DNA of 64,000 bases from an uncultured Bacteroidota bacterium (GTDB lineage Bacteria > Bacteroidota > Bacteroidia > UBA4408). Where the stretch lies: positions 44,064 through 108,063 of the forward strand of contig CAIKXD010000174.1 in the NCBI GenBank assembly GCA_903831265.1. Direction: 5' to 3'. The notes below the pieces were generated by a model, which made no database searches, had not been told where the DNA came from, and saw only the letters and a program-made list of their open reading frames with translations. This document shows, in pieces, positions 47,432-56,679 of this stretch. Position 1 is the stretch's first letter, and each line of letters starts with the position of its first letter. The position numbers and the translations under genes are program-made.

Positions 47432-49852
47432 ATGAATGATTACAATTTAGTCAATACCCAAAAAGAGCAAGCATTAGAACTGCTCCAACAATATTACGGA
47501 TATCAATCTTTTAGAAGCATACAATATGATGTGATTGAAGCTAATTTGCGTAATGATGATGTATTGGTATTGATGCCCACAGGTGGCGGAAAATCTATCT
47601 GTTTTCAAATACCTGCGCTCATGCGCGAAGGTGTTTGTTTGGTTGTTTCGCCACTTATTGCATTAATGAAAGACCAGGTGGATGGATTGATTGGTAATGG
47701 TATTTCTGCAGCTTATTTAAACAGCAGTCAAACTGCCGAAGAAGAAAATCGTGTAATGACAGAGGCGGCTGATGGTAAAATAAAATTGTTGTACATAGCA
47801 CCTGAACGATTATTGGGCATGTTACATACTTTTTTAAGTTTAGTTAAAGTTAGTATGATTGCCATTGATGAAGCACATTGTATTTCGCAATGGGGGCACG
47901 ACTTTAGACCAGAGTACACCAAGTTGGGTTTATTGCGCGAACGCTTTCCAGAAGTGCCTGTAATTGCCTTAACCGCCACTGCCGATAAAACAACGCAACG
48001 CGATATCATTAAACAATTAAAATTAAAATCAGAAAATGTTTTTGTTTCTTCATTCGATAGAGCCAACCTAAATTTAAAGGTAAAACGAGGTCTTGGCGAA
48101 AAAGATAAATTGAAAGAAATCGTGCAGTTTATCAAATTAAAAAAAGAACAATCGGGCATCATTTATTGCTTAAGCAGAAAAGGTACCGAAAAAATGGCGG
48201 CCGACTTAAGTATGCATGGCATCACTGCGACCAGTTATCACGCGGGTATGAGTGCCGAGGCGCGCAGTAAAGTTCAGGAAGAGTTTATAAACGATAACAT
48301 TGCTGTAATATGTGCCACCATTGCTTTTGGCATGGGTATCGATAAATCAAATATACGCTGGGTAATCCACAATAATTTACCTAAAAATATTGAAAGCTAT
48401 TACCAGGAAATTGGTCGCGCAGGCCGCGATGGTGTTAAGGCTGAAACCATATTGTATTACAGTTATAAGGATTTAATCACGCTCACTAAATTTGCTTCAG
48501 AAAGCGGACAAAGTGAGCTGCAACTAGAGAAACTTAACTTTATGCAAAAGTATTGCGAAGCGCGCATTTGCCGTAGAAAAATACTACTGGGTTATTTCAG
48601 CGAAGCGCTAGAAAACAACTGTAATAATTGCGATGTTTGTTTAAATCCACCAAAATATATTGATGCCACTATTTTAGTGCAAAAAGCACTATCAGCCATG
48701 TTACGCATGGATGAAAAAGTTGGTATTAATACACTAGTACTTGTTTTAAGAGGATCAAAAGATATTGAAGTGTTGGCCAACGGTTATGATAAAATTAAGA
48801 CCTACGGCGCTGGAAAAGATGTAAGCATTCCGCATTGGAAAAACTATATTTTACAGATGATTCAAGTGGGCCTCATCGAAATGGCTTATGATGAATCGTT
48901 TACATTAAAAGTGTCTGAATTTGGCAAACGTGTCATTAAATTAGCACTAAAGATAGAGCTCGCTAATGCAGAAGAAGCTGTTGCTGAATCAATAGAAAAA
49001 TCAACTGCTATGGCTAAAGATTTTGCTGATGCAGAAAATCCACTGCTGATACGCTTAAAGTCATTTAGAAAAGAACTTGCAAAAACATTAAATGTACCAC
49101 CATATGTTATTTTTACTGATAAAACCTTAGAGGAAATTATTGAAAAAGAGCCTATAAATGAAGCCGAATTGTTGCGCGTATCGGGTATATCGGCAAAGAA
49201 AATGAAACAGGCTGGAGCCGAAATCATTGCCATCGTGCGCAACCAAAAAGGCTTGCCAGCTGATGCACCTGTAAATGTTGATGAGGTTTTACAAGTAGAC
49301 AAAATAAAGATTTACTTAAGAAGAATGAATCAAGTGGGTATAGAACCCAACATGAGCAATTTAGCGAAAGTATTGGTGGGCAATAAAAATGCAGTCATGG
49401 ATGGCATAAACTTATTGCAGTTCGATTTTTATGGTTTGTTGGCAGGACAATATGCAGTAAAAGAAGTAAAACCAATGATTGAAAGAAAGTTGCAAAGCAT
49501 GTTTTCAGGAAATAGGGGAGAAGCACAAACAGCCACAGCACCGCAACATCAAGATCAAATTTTTAATCAATTAGCAGGTACTGTGTTAGAAAGTTTAAAT
49601 GTTGAAGTAAGTAAGCTACCTGATTTGCGTCCTACAGAAAGTATCCAAAACGAATATATTTTAGAGCAGCGAAAAAGCTTTGCAAGAGCTTATGAACCAT
49701 GGGAAGATAGAGAAAATACATTACTTTTAAAAGCAGCCGAACACACCAATGATGCCGATTTTTTAGCACAGGTTTTTAAGAGAAATCCTTCTAGCATAAA
49801 GATACAAATAGCTAAGCTTTTGTTGAAACTGCAGTTGTTAGAGGAAATCTGA
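47432..49852 (+). CDS. recQ: ATP-dependent DNA helicase RecQ (long form with C-terminal extension beyond RQC/HRDC).
   Basis: Helicase motifs I (MPTGGGKS), II (DEAHCISQWGHDFR) and others. Zn-binding CxxC..C..C (CRRKILLGYF...CNNCDVC). HRDC-like region. About 150 extra C-terminal residues. Confidence 0.85.
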   Translation: MNDYNLVNTQKEQALELLQQYYGYQSFRSIQYDVIEANLRNDDVLVLMPTGGGKSICFQIPALMREGVCLVVSPLIALMKDQVDGLIGNGISAAYLNSSQTAEEENRVMTEAADGKIKLLYIAPERLLGMLHTFLSLVKVSMIAIDEAHCISQWGHDFRPEYTKLGLLRERFPEVPVIALTATADKTTQRDIIKQLKLKSENVFVSSFDRANLNLKVKRGLGEKDKLKEIVQFIKLKKEQSGIIYCLSRKGTEKMAADLSMHGITATSYHAGMSAEARSKVQEEFINDNIAVICATIAFGMGIDKSNIRWVIHNNLPKNIESYYQEIGRAGRDGVKAETILYYSYKDLITLTKFASESGQSELQLEKLNFMQKYCEARICRRKILLGYFSEALENNCNNCDVCLNPPKYIDATILVQKALSAMLRMDEKVGINTLVLVLRGSKDIEVLANGYDKIKTYGAGKDVSIPHWKNYILQMIQVGLIEMAYDESFTLKVSEFGKRVIKLALKIELANAEEAVAESIEKSTAMAKDFADAENPLLIRLKSFRKELAKTLNVPPYVIFTDKTLEEIIEKEPINEAELLRVSGISAKKMKQAGAEIIAIVRNQKGLPADAPVNVDEVLQVDKIKIYLRRMNQVGIEPNMSNLAKVLVGNKNAVMDGINLLQFDFYGLLAGQYAVKEVKPMIERKLQSMFSGNRGEAQTATAPQHQDQIFNQLAGTVLESLNVEVSKLPDLRPTESIQNEYILEQRKSFARAYEPWEDRENTLLLKAAEHTNDADFLAQVFKRNPSSIKIQIAKLLLKLQLLEEI

Positions 49853-49936
49853 TGATTAATTTCAAATATTGCAGCGTTCATTAAGTCCTCACTGCGAACT
49901 TTGCGGTTAATCTGTGAGCCGGAACATTTTCAAATT

Positions 49937-50068
49937 GCTTCATTGGCACATTGTCTCATTGGCACATGGCTTCATCGGCACATTGTTTCATTGGCACATT
50001 GGCACATTGTTTCATCGGCACATTACTTCACCGACACATTGGCACATTGCTTCATTGGCACATTGATT
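49937..50068. repeat. Degenerate tandem repeat (minisatellite) built on a GGCACATTG(y)TTCAT core, about 8-10 units.
   Basis: gcttcattggcacattgt / ctcattggcacatg / gcttcatcggcacattgt / ttcattggcacattggcacattgt / ttcatcggcacattac / ttcaccgacacattggcacattgc / ttcattggcacattg read directly. Lies between convergent recQ and the polysaccharide deacetylase gene. Confidence 0.8.
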
Positions 50069-50104
50069 TTCATTTTCAAACTATTTCATTAGCTAATTAA
50101 CTAA

Positions 50105-50986
50105 TCACGGATGAGAAGCTTTCAACAATCTTTCAAAGGAAAGTCTCGCTTTGCGCCATCTAAGCCTTTCAATATGTCCTAATGTGTGTATAATATTTGG
50201 AATGGTCCAAAAGCACTCTACATTAAATCTTTTAATGAAATAACTGTTTTTATTAAGGCAGTTAGATCCAGGGAAGGTAGAATGAAAGTAATTGTAGTTC
50301 TTGATAATCAGTTTCATTTCATTTTCTCCCACGCTTAACAATGAATTGAAGGGCGCACAAAAGTTTTCGATATTTATTTTTAATTGCGACTCAATCATGT
50401 TTTTACTGGTAATAATTTCTCTATTTAATATTTCAGTGTTAGTTGTATTTGCCTTTAAAGTATGACTCATCGTATGTGAGCCAACCAGGTGCCCATTAGC
50501 AACAATTACTTTTAATTCATCCCAGCTCAGTGCTGTAAAATCCTCTTGTTGAGAATCAATTAAACGGTTAATCTCACTTCTAATATGGGTGGTATAATAC
50601 TCTTTTTGTTTTGCAGCTTCAATAAAATTTGGCACAACAAAGAGTAGCGCTTTGATATTGTACTTATCTAATACTTGTAAGGCATATTTATTGTTAGATA
50701 GGCCGTCATCAAAGGTAATAAGCAACTTTGGCTTTTTGCTTTCTAATTTATTAGCATAAAAGTTTTTAAGATCATTTGGACTAATAATAGAAAAATGCGC
50801 TCTGTAAAAATCAATCTGCTTTTCAAAATTATCTATAAATTTTAAGGGCGTAGAATGGTAGTTAAGCACAATTAAATCATGCTTGTTAAGATAACCATTG
50901 ATGTTAAAAAATGGTTGCTCAATACTTCCTAAAATTGATTTAATTAATTGCGCTTTTGTATGAATTGATTTGTTGTAGAATTCCAT
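50105..50986 (-). CDS. Polysaccharide deacetylase (NodB homology, carbohydrate esterase family 4).
   Basis: TFDDG motif (LITFDDGLSNN) and the HT..H His motif (GSHTMSHT). Confidence 0.8.
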   Translation of the reverse strand: MEFYNKSIHTKAQLIKSILGSIEQPFFNINGYLNKHDLIVLNYHSTPLKFIDNFEKQIDFYRAHFSIISPNDLKNFYANKLESKKPKLLITFDDGLSNNKYALQVLDKYNIKALLFVVPNFIEAAKQKEYYTTHIRSEINRLIDSQQEDFTALSWDELKVIVANGHLVGSHTMSHTLKANTTNTEILNREIITSKNMIESQLKINIENFCAPFNSLLSVGENEMKLIIKNYNYFHSTFPGSNCLNKNSYFIKRFNVECFWTIPNIIHTLGHIERLRWRKARLSFERLLKASHP

Positions 50987-50988
50987 GT

Positions 50989-51945
50989 TTACCAGGTATC
51001 AATATCTCCTCTGTATAACTCCCAATTTTTTGCGTCAATAAGCTCTTCTTTGTTAATATTCATGGGGTAAGTAAAGAAATAGATTTGCTTATTTATATCC
51101 TTAAACTTTAACGATTTTATGACTTCTAATTGATCAACATTACTATTTTCGTTCAAGGCAATACTAACTATAGTTGCCAAGTGTTTACTTTTTAAATTTT
51201 TGTATAATTCTTGAATTGCTTTTTTAATTAATTCTTTATTGTAATCCGTTGCTAAAATATTACCAATAATCACTTCCTTGATGTAAGTTTTTCTAATTTG
51301 AATTTTACAACATAATTGAACTTGTTGATTTTGCTCATTATATTCGTAATTAAAGTAATTAGCTTGGTTTTGATATCCTTTTCTCCATGCTACAAATGCA
51401 TCATCTTCTGATAATTTAAAAAACTGAGGTTTGTAATTGATGATTAATTTTTTAGCCGTATCAAATTGCTTGTATTTTTCTAGTTTTAAAGGCATCAATA
51501 CACTAAAAAAAGAGGCAAGTTTTACATACCACTTTAAGTTAAAAACATTGATCCAGCCTTTTCTAAATAAACTATTAAACGATGCATCTATAGGAAAGCC
51601 AATCAAAAAATCGATTTTTAATTCAGCTTTATTTTCATCAATAAAATTCAACAATTTGCTAAAAATACCTTTCCCTCTGTGGTCTTTATGTATTAGTGAA
51701 TTGCCCGATTGCAACGATTTATACTTAATATTATTTTTTATTAAAGGCCAGTAAAAAAACGATTGAAATCCAATCACTGTTTTATCTTCTAAAGCAACCA
51801 GGCGAATGGCATTTTCTCTTTGAAATGGCGCATCATAGAACTGATCAAAAAAAGCAGAAAAATAACTCTTGGTTACCTTGTATTCCTCTACAAACAAGTC
51901 AACCACTTGCTCTTTCATCCAATCTTCATAAAAGGTAATTAACAT
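50989..51945 (-). CDS. GNAT-family N-acetyltransferase with a second GNAT/FemAB-like C-terminal half.
   Basis: Acetyl-CoA-binding motif HRGKGIFSKLL in the N-terminal half. 318-aa two-lobed architecture. Confidence 0.6.
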   Translation of the reverse strand: MLITFYEDWMKEQVVDLFVEEYKVTKSYFSAFFDQFYDAPFQRENAIRLVALEDKTVIGFQSFFYWPLIKNNIKYKSLQSGNSLIHKDHRGKGIFSKLLNFIDENKAELKIDFLIGFPIDASFNSLFRKGWINVFNLKWYVKLASFFSVLMPLKLEKYKQFDTAKKLIINYKPQFFKLSEDDAFVAWRKGYQNQANYFNYEYNEQNQQVQLCCKIQIRKTYIKEVIIGNILATDYNKELIKKAIQELYKNLKSKHLATIVSIALNENSNVDQLEVIKSLKFKDINKQIYFFTYPMNINKEELIDAKNWELYRGDIDTW

Positions 51946-52217
51946 TGGGTTTTAGTTAAAGTATAAATAATTTTTTTGGTAAAATTAAGAAACTAATAAC
52001 ATTGGCAAATATTAAAACATATTAATTGATGTGATGGGCTTGCTTGAATGCGGTCTTTATTGATAAATGTTCAGCATGCCTTCAAGTATGTTTTGATTTA
52101 TAGACTGTAAATCTTAAAACAGCATTAAATTTTACCATTACTTCTAAACCATAATTTTAATATTTAAAAGAAATAGAAAACTAACTTTGCAAATTATTAT
52201 TTGAGGCCGAATTAAAC

Positions 52218-53261
52218 ATGAGATTAGTAGTACTTTACGAAGAATTAGCTGGATATTTTATATCATCTATAGCGCATTTTGCACAAACAACCAAAATAGA
52301 TGTTGTTATCATGCATAAATCTTCTAATGCCGTAGCCCCCTTTAAATTAGAATCTTCAACATATATCCAACTTAAAAACAGGGATGAAATAAGTGAACAA
52401 GAGCTATATGAGTTTGTAAAAACCCTGCAACCTAATTATTTATTTTGTGGAGGCTGGGCTCACAAACCGTATTTAAAAATTTGCAAAAGCTTTAAAGGCA
52501 ACATTCCTGTTGTGGTGGGATTTGATAACCAATGGATAGGTAATCTTAAACAACAATTAGCTGCCCTTTATGCCAAAGTTTATTTTAAAAAATTATTCGA
52601 TAAGGCCTTTGTGCCGGGGGTTTTACAAAAGAAGTTTGCACAAAAAATTGGCTTTAAAGAAAAAGATATTTCGCTAGGAGCTTATTGTTGCGATTATAAT
52701 TTGTTTTCCAACCTATACACCGATACACAAACCAAAAAACAAGCGCATTTTCCAAAGGTATTTTTATATACAGGAAGGTATTCACAAGAAAAAGGAATTA
52801 CCGATTTGTGGGATGCTTTTATTGATTTAGATGACAATCATGATTGGGAACTGTGGTGTGTTGGTGTTGGAGCAATTCCTCCCATAAAGCATCCAAAAAT
52901 AAAACATTTTGGCTTTATACAGCCCAAAGAATTAGCGCCCATTATTGAAAAATCAGGCGTGTTTATTTTACCCAGCCATTTCGAGCCTTGGGGTGTGGTG
53001 GTGCATGAATACGCTGCTGCTGGTTTCCCAATTTTATGCTCCACAAAAGTAGGTGCTAGCGAAGTTTTTTTGGAGGATAATGTGAATGGATATTCCTTTT
53101 CGCCAGGCAATAAAAATGAGATTAAAAATGTACTCAATAAAGTGATACAAATGGATGAAAATAAACTCATAGAGATGAGCCAAAAAAGTCATCAAATCTC
53201 CCAAAAAATCACCAACGATTCATGGACAAACAGCTTAAAACAGTTGTTCGGGATTAATTAG
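52218..53261 (+). CDS. Glycosyltransferase family 4 (GT-B, group 1).
   Basis: C-terminal EX7E motif region (PSHFEPWGVVVHEYAAAGFPILCS). Confidence 0.75.
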   Translation: MRLVVLYEELAGYFISSIAHFAQTTKIDVVIMHKSSNAVAPFKLESSTYIQLKNRDEISEQELYEFVKTLQPNYLFCGGWAHKPYLKICKSFKGNIPVVVGFDNQWIGNLKQQLAALYAKVYFKKLFDKAFVPGVLQKKFAQKIGFKEKDISLGAYCCDYNLFSNLYTDTQTKKQAHFPKVFLYTGRYSQEKGITDLWDAFIDLDDNHDWELWCVGVGAIPPIKHPKIKHFGFIQPKELAPIIEKSGVFILPSHFEPWGVVVHEYAAAGFPILCSTKVGASEVFLEDNVNGYSFSPGNKNEIKNVLNKVIQMDENKLIEMSQKSHQISQKITNDSWTNSLKQLFGIN

Positions 53262-53340
53262 TTGTGGCTTGTTTCCATAAGCTTAGCGCTATAGCTATCG
53301 TCCGTCCAACCCTTTACTTACAATACAATTAAAATTCAAT

Positions 53341-53443
53341 AAAAAAGCACGTGCTAAAATTAACAAGTGCTTTTTATAAATTCTATATTTGGCTATTTAG
53401 CAAAAATGATCAAAGGCCATTTTTAAGTTGTCTGCAATCATTT
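53341..53443. repeat. 103-bp direct repeat, copy 1. It contains a terminator-like hairpin (GCACGTG...CAAGTGC) plus an antisense duplicate of the last 14 codons and stop of the bacilliredoxin-like gene (MIADNLKMAFDHFC*).
   Basis: Near-identical to 54741..54843. The reverse complement of 53395..53439 translates to MIADNLKMAFDHFC*. Confidence 0.85.
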
Positions 53444-53584
53444 TCCTTAATAAAACTTACTGTTTTTAGCTGTGATGCAAATCAAAGGTGATGTACAGAT
53501 TGGTACAAATTGAAACACAAAATTTCAATTTGCACCAAAAGCCTTTTAATCATATATTTGTAGCTGATAATCAAAACATTAATA

Positions 53585-54733
53585 ATGTATATTAAAAGAA
53601 GTTTAGAGATCGAACTAACGAAATACAGAGAAATATTTCCTGTTGTCGCCCTACTTGGTCCTCGTCAATGCGGTAAATCAACCCTAGTAAAACACCTATT
53701 ATTGGCTCAAGAAAATACCATTTATTTAGATTTGCAAAATGCTGAAGATTTAAACAAACTGAATGATCCACGCTTATTTTTTAAGTTAAATGAAAGTAAA
53801 ATAATTTGTATTGACGAAATACAATTGATACCTAATTTATTTGGTGTTTTAAGAAGTATTGTTGACGAAAACAGACAAAATGGGAAGTTTATTTTATTGG
53901 GTTCTGCCTCTCGCGAATTGGTTCAAAAAAGTTCAGAGTCATTAGCCGGTAGAATTGGCTATTTGTCATTAAGTCCTTTCATGTTAGAAGAACTCAAGTC
54001 GGTTGAACTAATAAATTTTTGGAATAGAGGCGGTTTTCCCGATAGTATATTAGCAAACAATGATGAATATAGCTATATCTGGCGAGATAATTTTGTAAAA
54101 ACATACATCGAAAGGGATATTCCTCAATTGGGATTTCAAATTCCGCCATTACAATTAAGAAGATTTCTTACTATATGTGCGCACTTTCATGCACAAAGCT
54201 TAAACCTTAGTAAGATGGCAGGAGTTATTGATATGACTCATACAACCATGCGTAAGTATGTTGACCTTTTGGAACAAACTTATATTTTAAGAACATTGCC
54301 ACCCTATGAAACGAATGTAAAAAAACGCTTGGTAAAATCACCAAAAGTGTATTTGCGAGACAGCGGAATTTTGCATTTTTTGTTAGGAATTAAAAGTGCA
54401 GATGTGCTTTTTATGCATCCTATTTTTGGCCCATCTTGGGAAGGGCTGGTGATAGAGCAATTAATAACCTCACTCAACGTCCCTGCTTATTTTTACCGCA
54501 CTGCAAAAGGAGAAGAAATTGATTTAATCTTGGAAATTAATAATGATATAGTAGCTATAGAATGTAAAGCATCCTCTGCTCCACAGCCCACTAAGGGCTT
54601 TTATAAAGCGCTTGAAGATATAATGCCTACAAAAACATTTATTGTTGCGCCTATTACTTCTTCTTCCTATTCATTGGCAGAAAATATTACAGTTACAAGC
54701 CTTACAGAACTTCTGGATGTTTTAAAAACTTAA
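53585..54733 (+). CDS. AAA-family ATPase with C-terminal DUF4143 domain (AAA_14/DUF4143 type).
   Basis: Walker A GPRQCGKST. Walker B IICIDEIQ. About 380-aa architecture typical of the archaeal-ATPase-like DUF4143 family. Confidence 0.75.
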   Translation: MYIKRSLEIELTKYREIFPVVALLGPRQCGKSTLVKHLLLAQENTIYLDLQNAEDLNKLNDPRLFFKLNESKIICIDEIQLIPNLFGVLRSIVDENRQNGKFILLGSASRELVQKSSESLAGRIGYLSLSPFMLEELKSVELINFWNRGGFPDSILANNDEYSYIWRDNFVKTYIERDIPQLGFQIPPLQLRRFLTICAHFHAQSLNLSKMAGVIDMTHTTMRKYVDLLEQTYILRTLPPYETNVKKRLVKSPKVYLRDSGILHFLLGIKSADVLFMHPIFGPSWEGLVIEQLITSLNVPAYFYRTAKGEEIDLILEINNDIVAIECKASSAPQPTKGFYKALEDIMPTKTFIVAPITSSSYSLAENITVTSLTELLDVLKT

Positions 54734-54740
54734 ACTACAA

Positions 54741-54843
54741 CAAAAAAGCACTTGCTAAAACTAACAAGTGCTTTTTATAAATTCTGTAAAGAGCTATTTA
54801 GCAAAAATGATCAAAGGCCATTTTTAAGTTGTCTGCAATCATT
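54741..54843. repeat. 103-bp direct repeat, copy 2. It holds a bidirectional terminator hairpin (GCACTTG-ctaaaacta-CAAGTGC) and the genuine 3' end of the minus-strand bacilliredoxin-like gene.
   Basis: Seen directly. Copies 1 and 2 bracket a 1297-bp segment carrying only the DUF4143 ATPase gene. Confidence 0.85.
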
Positions 54844-55211
54844 TGAGGGCTTTTGCCTTCAATGTGGTGCCTTTCTATAAAATGAACCAATTTACCGTCT
54901 TTAAATAAGGCAATTGATGGTGATGATGGAGGATAAGGTAACATAAAATTACGGGCCGAAGCAACTGCTTCTGTATCAAATCCTGCAAATACGGTAGTTA
55001 ACTTTTCTGGCTTCTTGGCATTTTCTAACGATAACTTAACACCCGGACGTGCCGCGCCCGCTGCACAACCACATACAGAGTTTACAAATACTAAAACAGT
55101 TCCACTGGTAGCGTTTAATGTTTTTTCTACTGCATCTGCATTGGTTAAATCTTCAAAGCCTACTTGGGTCATTTCAGCTTTCATTGGTTTTACTAATTGT
55201 TCTGGATACAT
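54798..55211 (-). CDS. Bacilliredoxin-like thiol-disulfide oxidoreductase (DUF1094, YphP/YqiW/BrxC-like) with CGC redox motif.
   Basis: 137 aa. VFVNSVCGCAAG with the C-G-C active site characteristic of bacilliredoxins in a thioredoxin-like fold. Confidence 0.6.
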   Translation of the reverse strand: MYPEQLVKPMKAEMTQVGFEDLTNADAVEKTLNATSGTVLVFVNSVCGCAAGAARPGVKLSLENAKKPEKLTTVFAGFDTEAVASARNFMLPYPPSSPSIALFKDGKLVHFIERHHIEGKSPQMIADNLKMAFDHFC

Positions 55212-55291
55212 CTTAAATTCAAAGTTTAAGGTTATTTATTATTTTAATTGATGATATCATTTCACAAACCATGCCTCAAAGGCTAAGTCTG

Positions 55292-55858
55292 TTAAACTGT
55301 CATTATTTCTTTTTCTTTTTGTTCAATGTGCTTATCTGCTTTGGCAGAAAAATTATCAGTAATAATTTGCACTTTAGCTTCAGCAGCTTTGGTTAAATCT
55401 TCGGGCACACCATCTTTATTCATTTTTTTTAATGTTTCATTGGCATCACGTCTTAAACTGCGTAAAGTAACTTTACAATGTTCAGCTTCAGCTTTTGCTT
55501 TCTTTACCAAGTCTTTTCTTCTTTCTTCGGTTAATGGAGGTACCATAATGCGAATAAGTACGCCATCATTCTGCGGGTTAAAACCTAAATTGGCAGCCAT
55601 TATAGCTTTTTCAATAGGAGTAATACTCGATTTTTCCCAAGGTTGTACCACCAATGTTCTTGCATCTGGGGAACTTATGCTTGCTACATTGCTAATTGGA
55701 ACATATGAACCATAATATTCAACCTGAATACTTTCCAGCATCGAAGGGTTAGCCTTTCCAGCTCTAACTTTAGTTAATTCCGATTCTAAATGACTAATAG
55801 CTTTATTCATTTCAGCCTCTGTATGATCAAGGCATGCTTTTATTTTTTCTGCGCTCAT
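55292..55858 (-). CDS. frr: Ribosome recycling factor.
   Basis: 188 aa with conserved RRF sequence throughout (e.g. SIQVEYYGS...SPDARTLVVQPWEKS). Confidence 0.9.
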   Translation of the reverse strand: MSAEKIKACLDHTEAEMNKAISHLESELTKVRAGKANPSMLESIQVEYYGSYVPISNVASISSPDARTLVVQPWEKSSITPIEKAIMAANLGFNPQNDGVLIRIMVPPLTEERRKDLVKKAKAEAEHCKVTLRSLRRDANETLKKMNKDGVPEDLTKAAEAKVQIITDNFSAKADKHIEQKEKEIMTV

Positions 55859-55896
55859 AAATATCTTTTTTAATAATTCTTAATTGAGTTGTAAAA

Positions 55897-56607
55897 TTAT
55901 CTCATTTCAACTAATGTACCTAATTTTTCACCTTCCACTAATTTGCTTAAATTGCCCTTCTTATTCATATCAAAAACAATAATGGGTAATTTATTTTCTT
56001 TACAAAGTGTAAAAGCTGTCATATCCATTACATTAAGCCCTTTTTCATATACTTCTTCAAAGGTTATGGTATCATACTTTACAGCGTTTTTATCTTTTTC
56101 AGGATCTGCCGTATAAATGCCATCCACTCTGGTGCCTTTTAAAATTACATCAGCTTCAATTTCTATAGCTCTTAAAGATGCTGCCGAATCGGTCGTAAAA
56201 TATGGGTTTCCGGTGCCAGCCCCAAAAATTACAACACGTCCTTTTTCTAAATGACGCACGGCTCTTCTTCTAATAAAAGCTTCACAAATAGCCTCCATTT
56301 TTATGGCACTTTGTAAACGTGTACTTACACCCAATCTTTCTAAAGCACTTTGTAAGGCCATGCTATTAATTACTGTGGCTAACATGCCCATATAATCTCC
56401 CTGCACACGGTCCATTCCGCCTTCTTCGGCTTGTATACCTCTAAATATGTTACCGCCACCAATAACTATAGCTACTTCTAATCCTTTATCAACCACTTGC
56501 TTAATATCGCGGGCATATTGTTCTAATCGCTCATTATCTATTCCAAATTGCTTGTCTCCCATCAGGGCTTCTCCACTTAATTTCAGTAGTACTCTTTTGT
56601 AATGCAT
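55897..56607 (-). CDS. pyrH: UMP kinase.
   Basis: 236 aa. [13 protein letters not shown]-terminus and GGGN/GAGTGNP motifs. Confidence 0.9.
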   Translation of the reverse strand: MHYKRVLLKLSGEALMGDKQFGIDNERLEQYARDIKQVVDKGLEVAIVIGGGNIFRGIQAEEGGMDRVQGDYMGMLATVINSMALQSALERLGVSTRLQSAIKMEAICEAFIRRRAVRHLEKGRVVIFGAGTGNPYFTTDSAASLRAIEIEADVILKGTRVDGIYTADPEKDKNAVKYDTITFEEVYEKGLNVMDMTAFTLCKENKLPIIVFDMNKKGNLSKLVEGEKLGTLVEMR

Positions 56608-56679
56608 AATTATATGGTATAAAAAAGTTCAAAAAAAAAGAGAGAATTAATTCTCTCTTTTTTTGTTTTGTAATATTAA

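Noticed and set aside
49901-50092. 63-aa ORF with an HIVSLAH-type repeating peptide.
   Set aside because: It is a translation of the GGCACATTG minisatellite. The periodic peptide just reflects the DNA repeat and there is no start context.
45860-54843. Transposase, integrase or IS element associated with the two repeat-flanked cassettes.
   Set aside because: No DDE, serine or tyrosine recombinase-like ORF lies within or adjacent to either cassette. The repeats are direct, not inverted. They are therefore reported as insertion footprints of unknown mechanism and not as mobile_element features.
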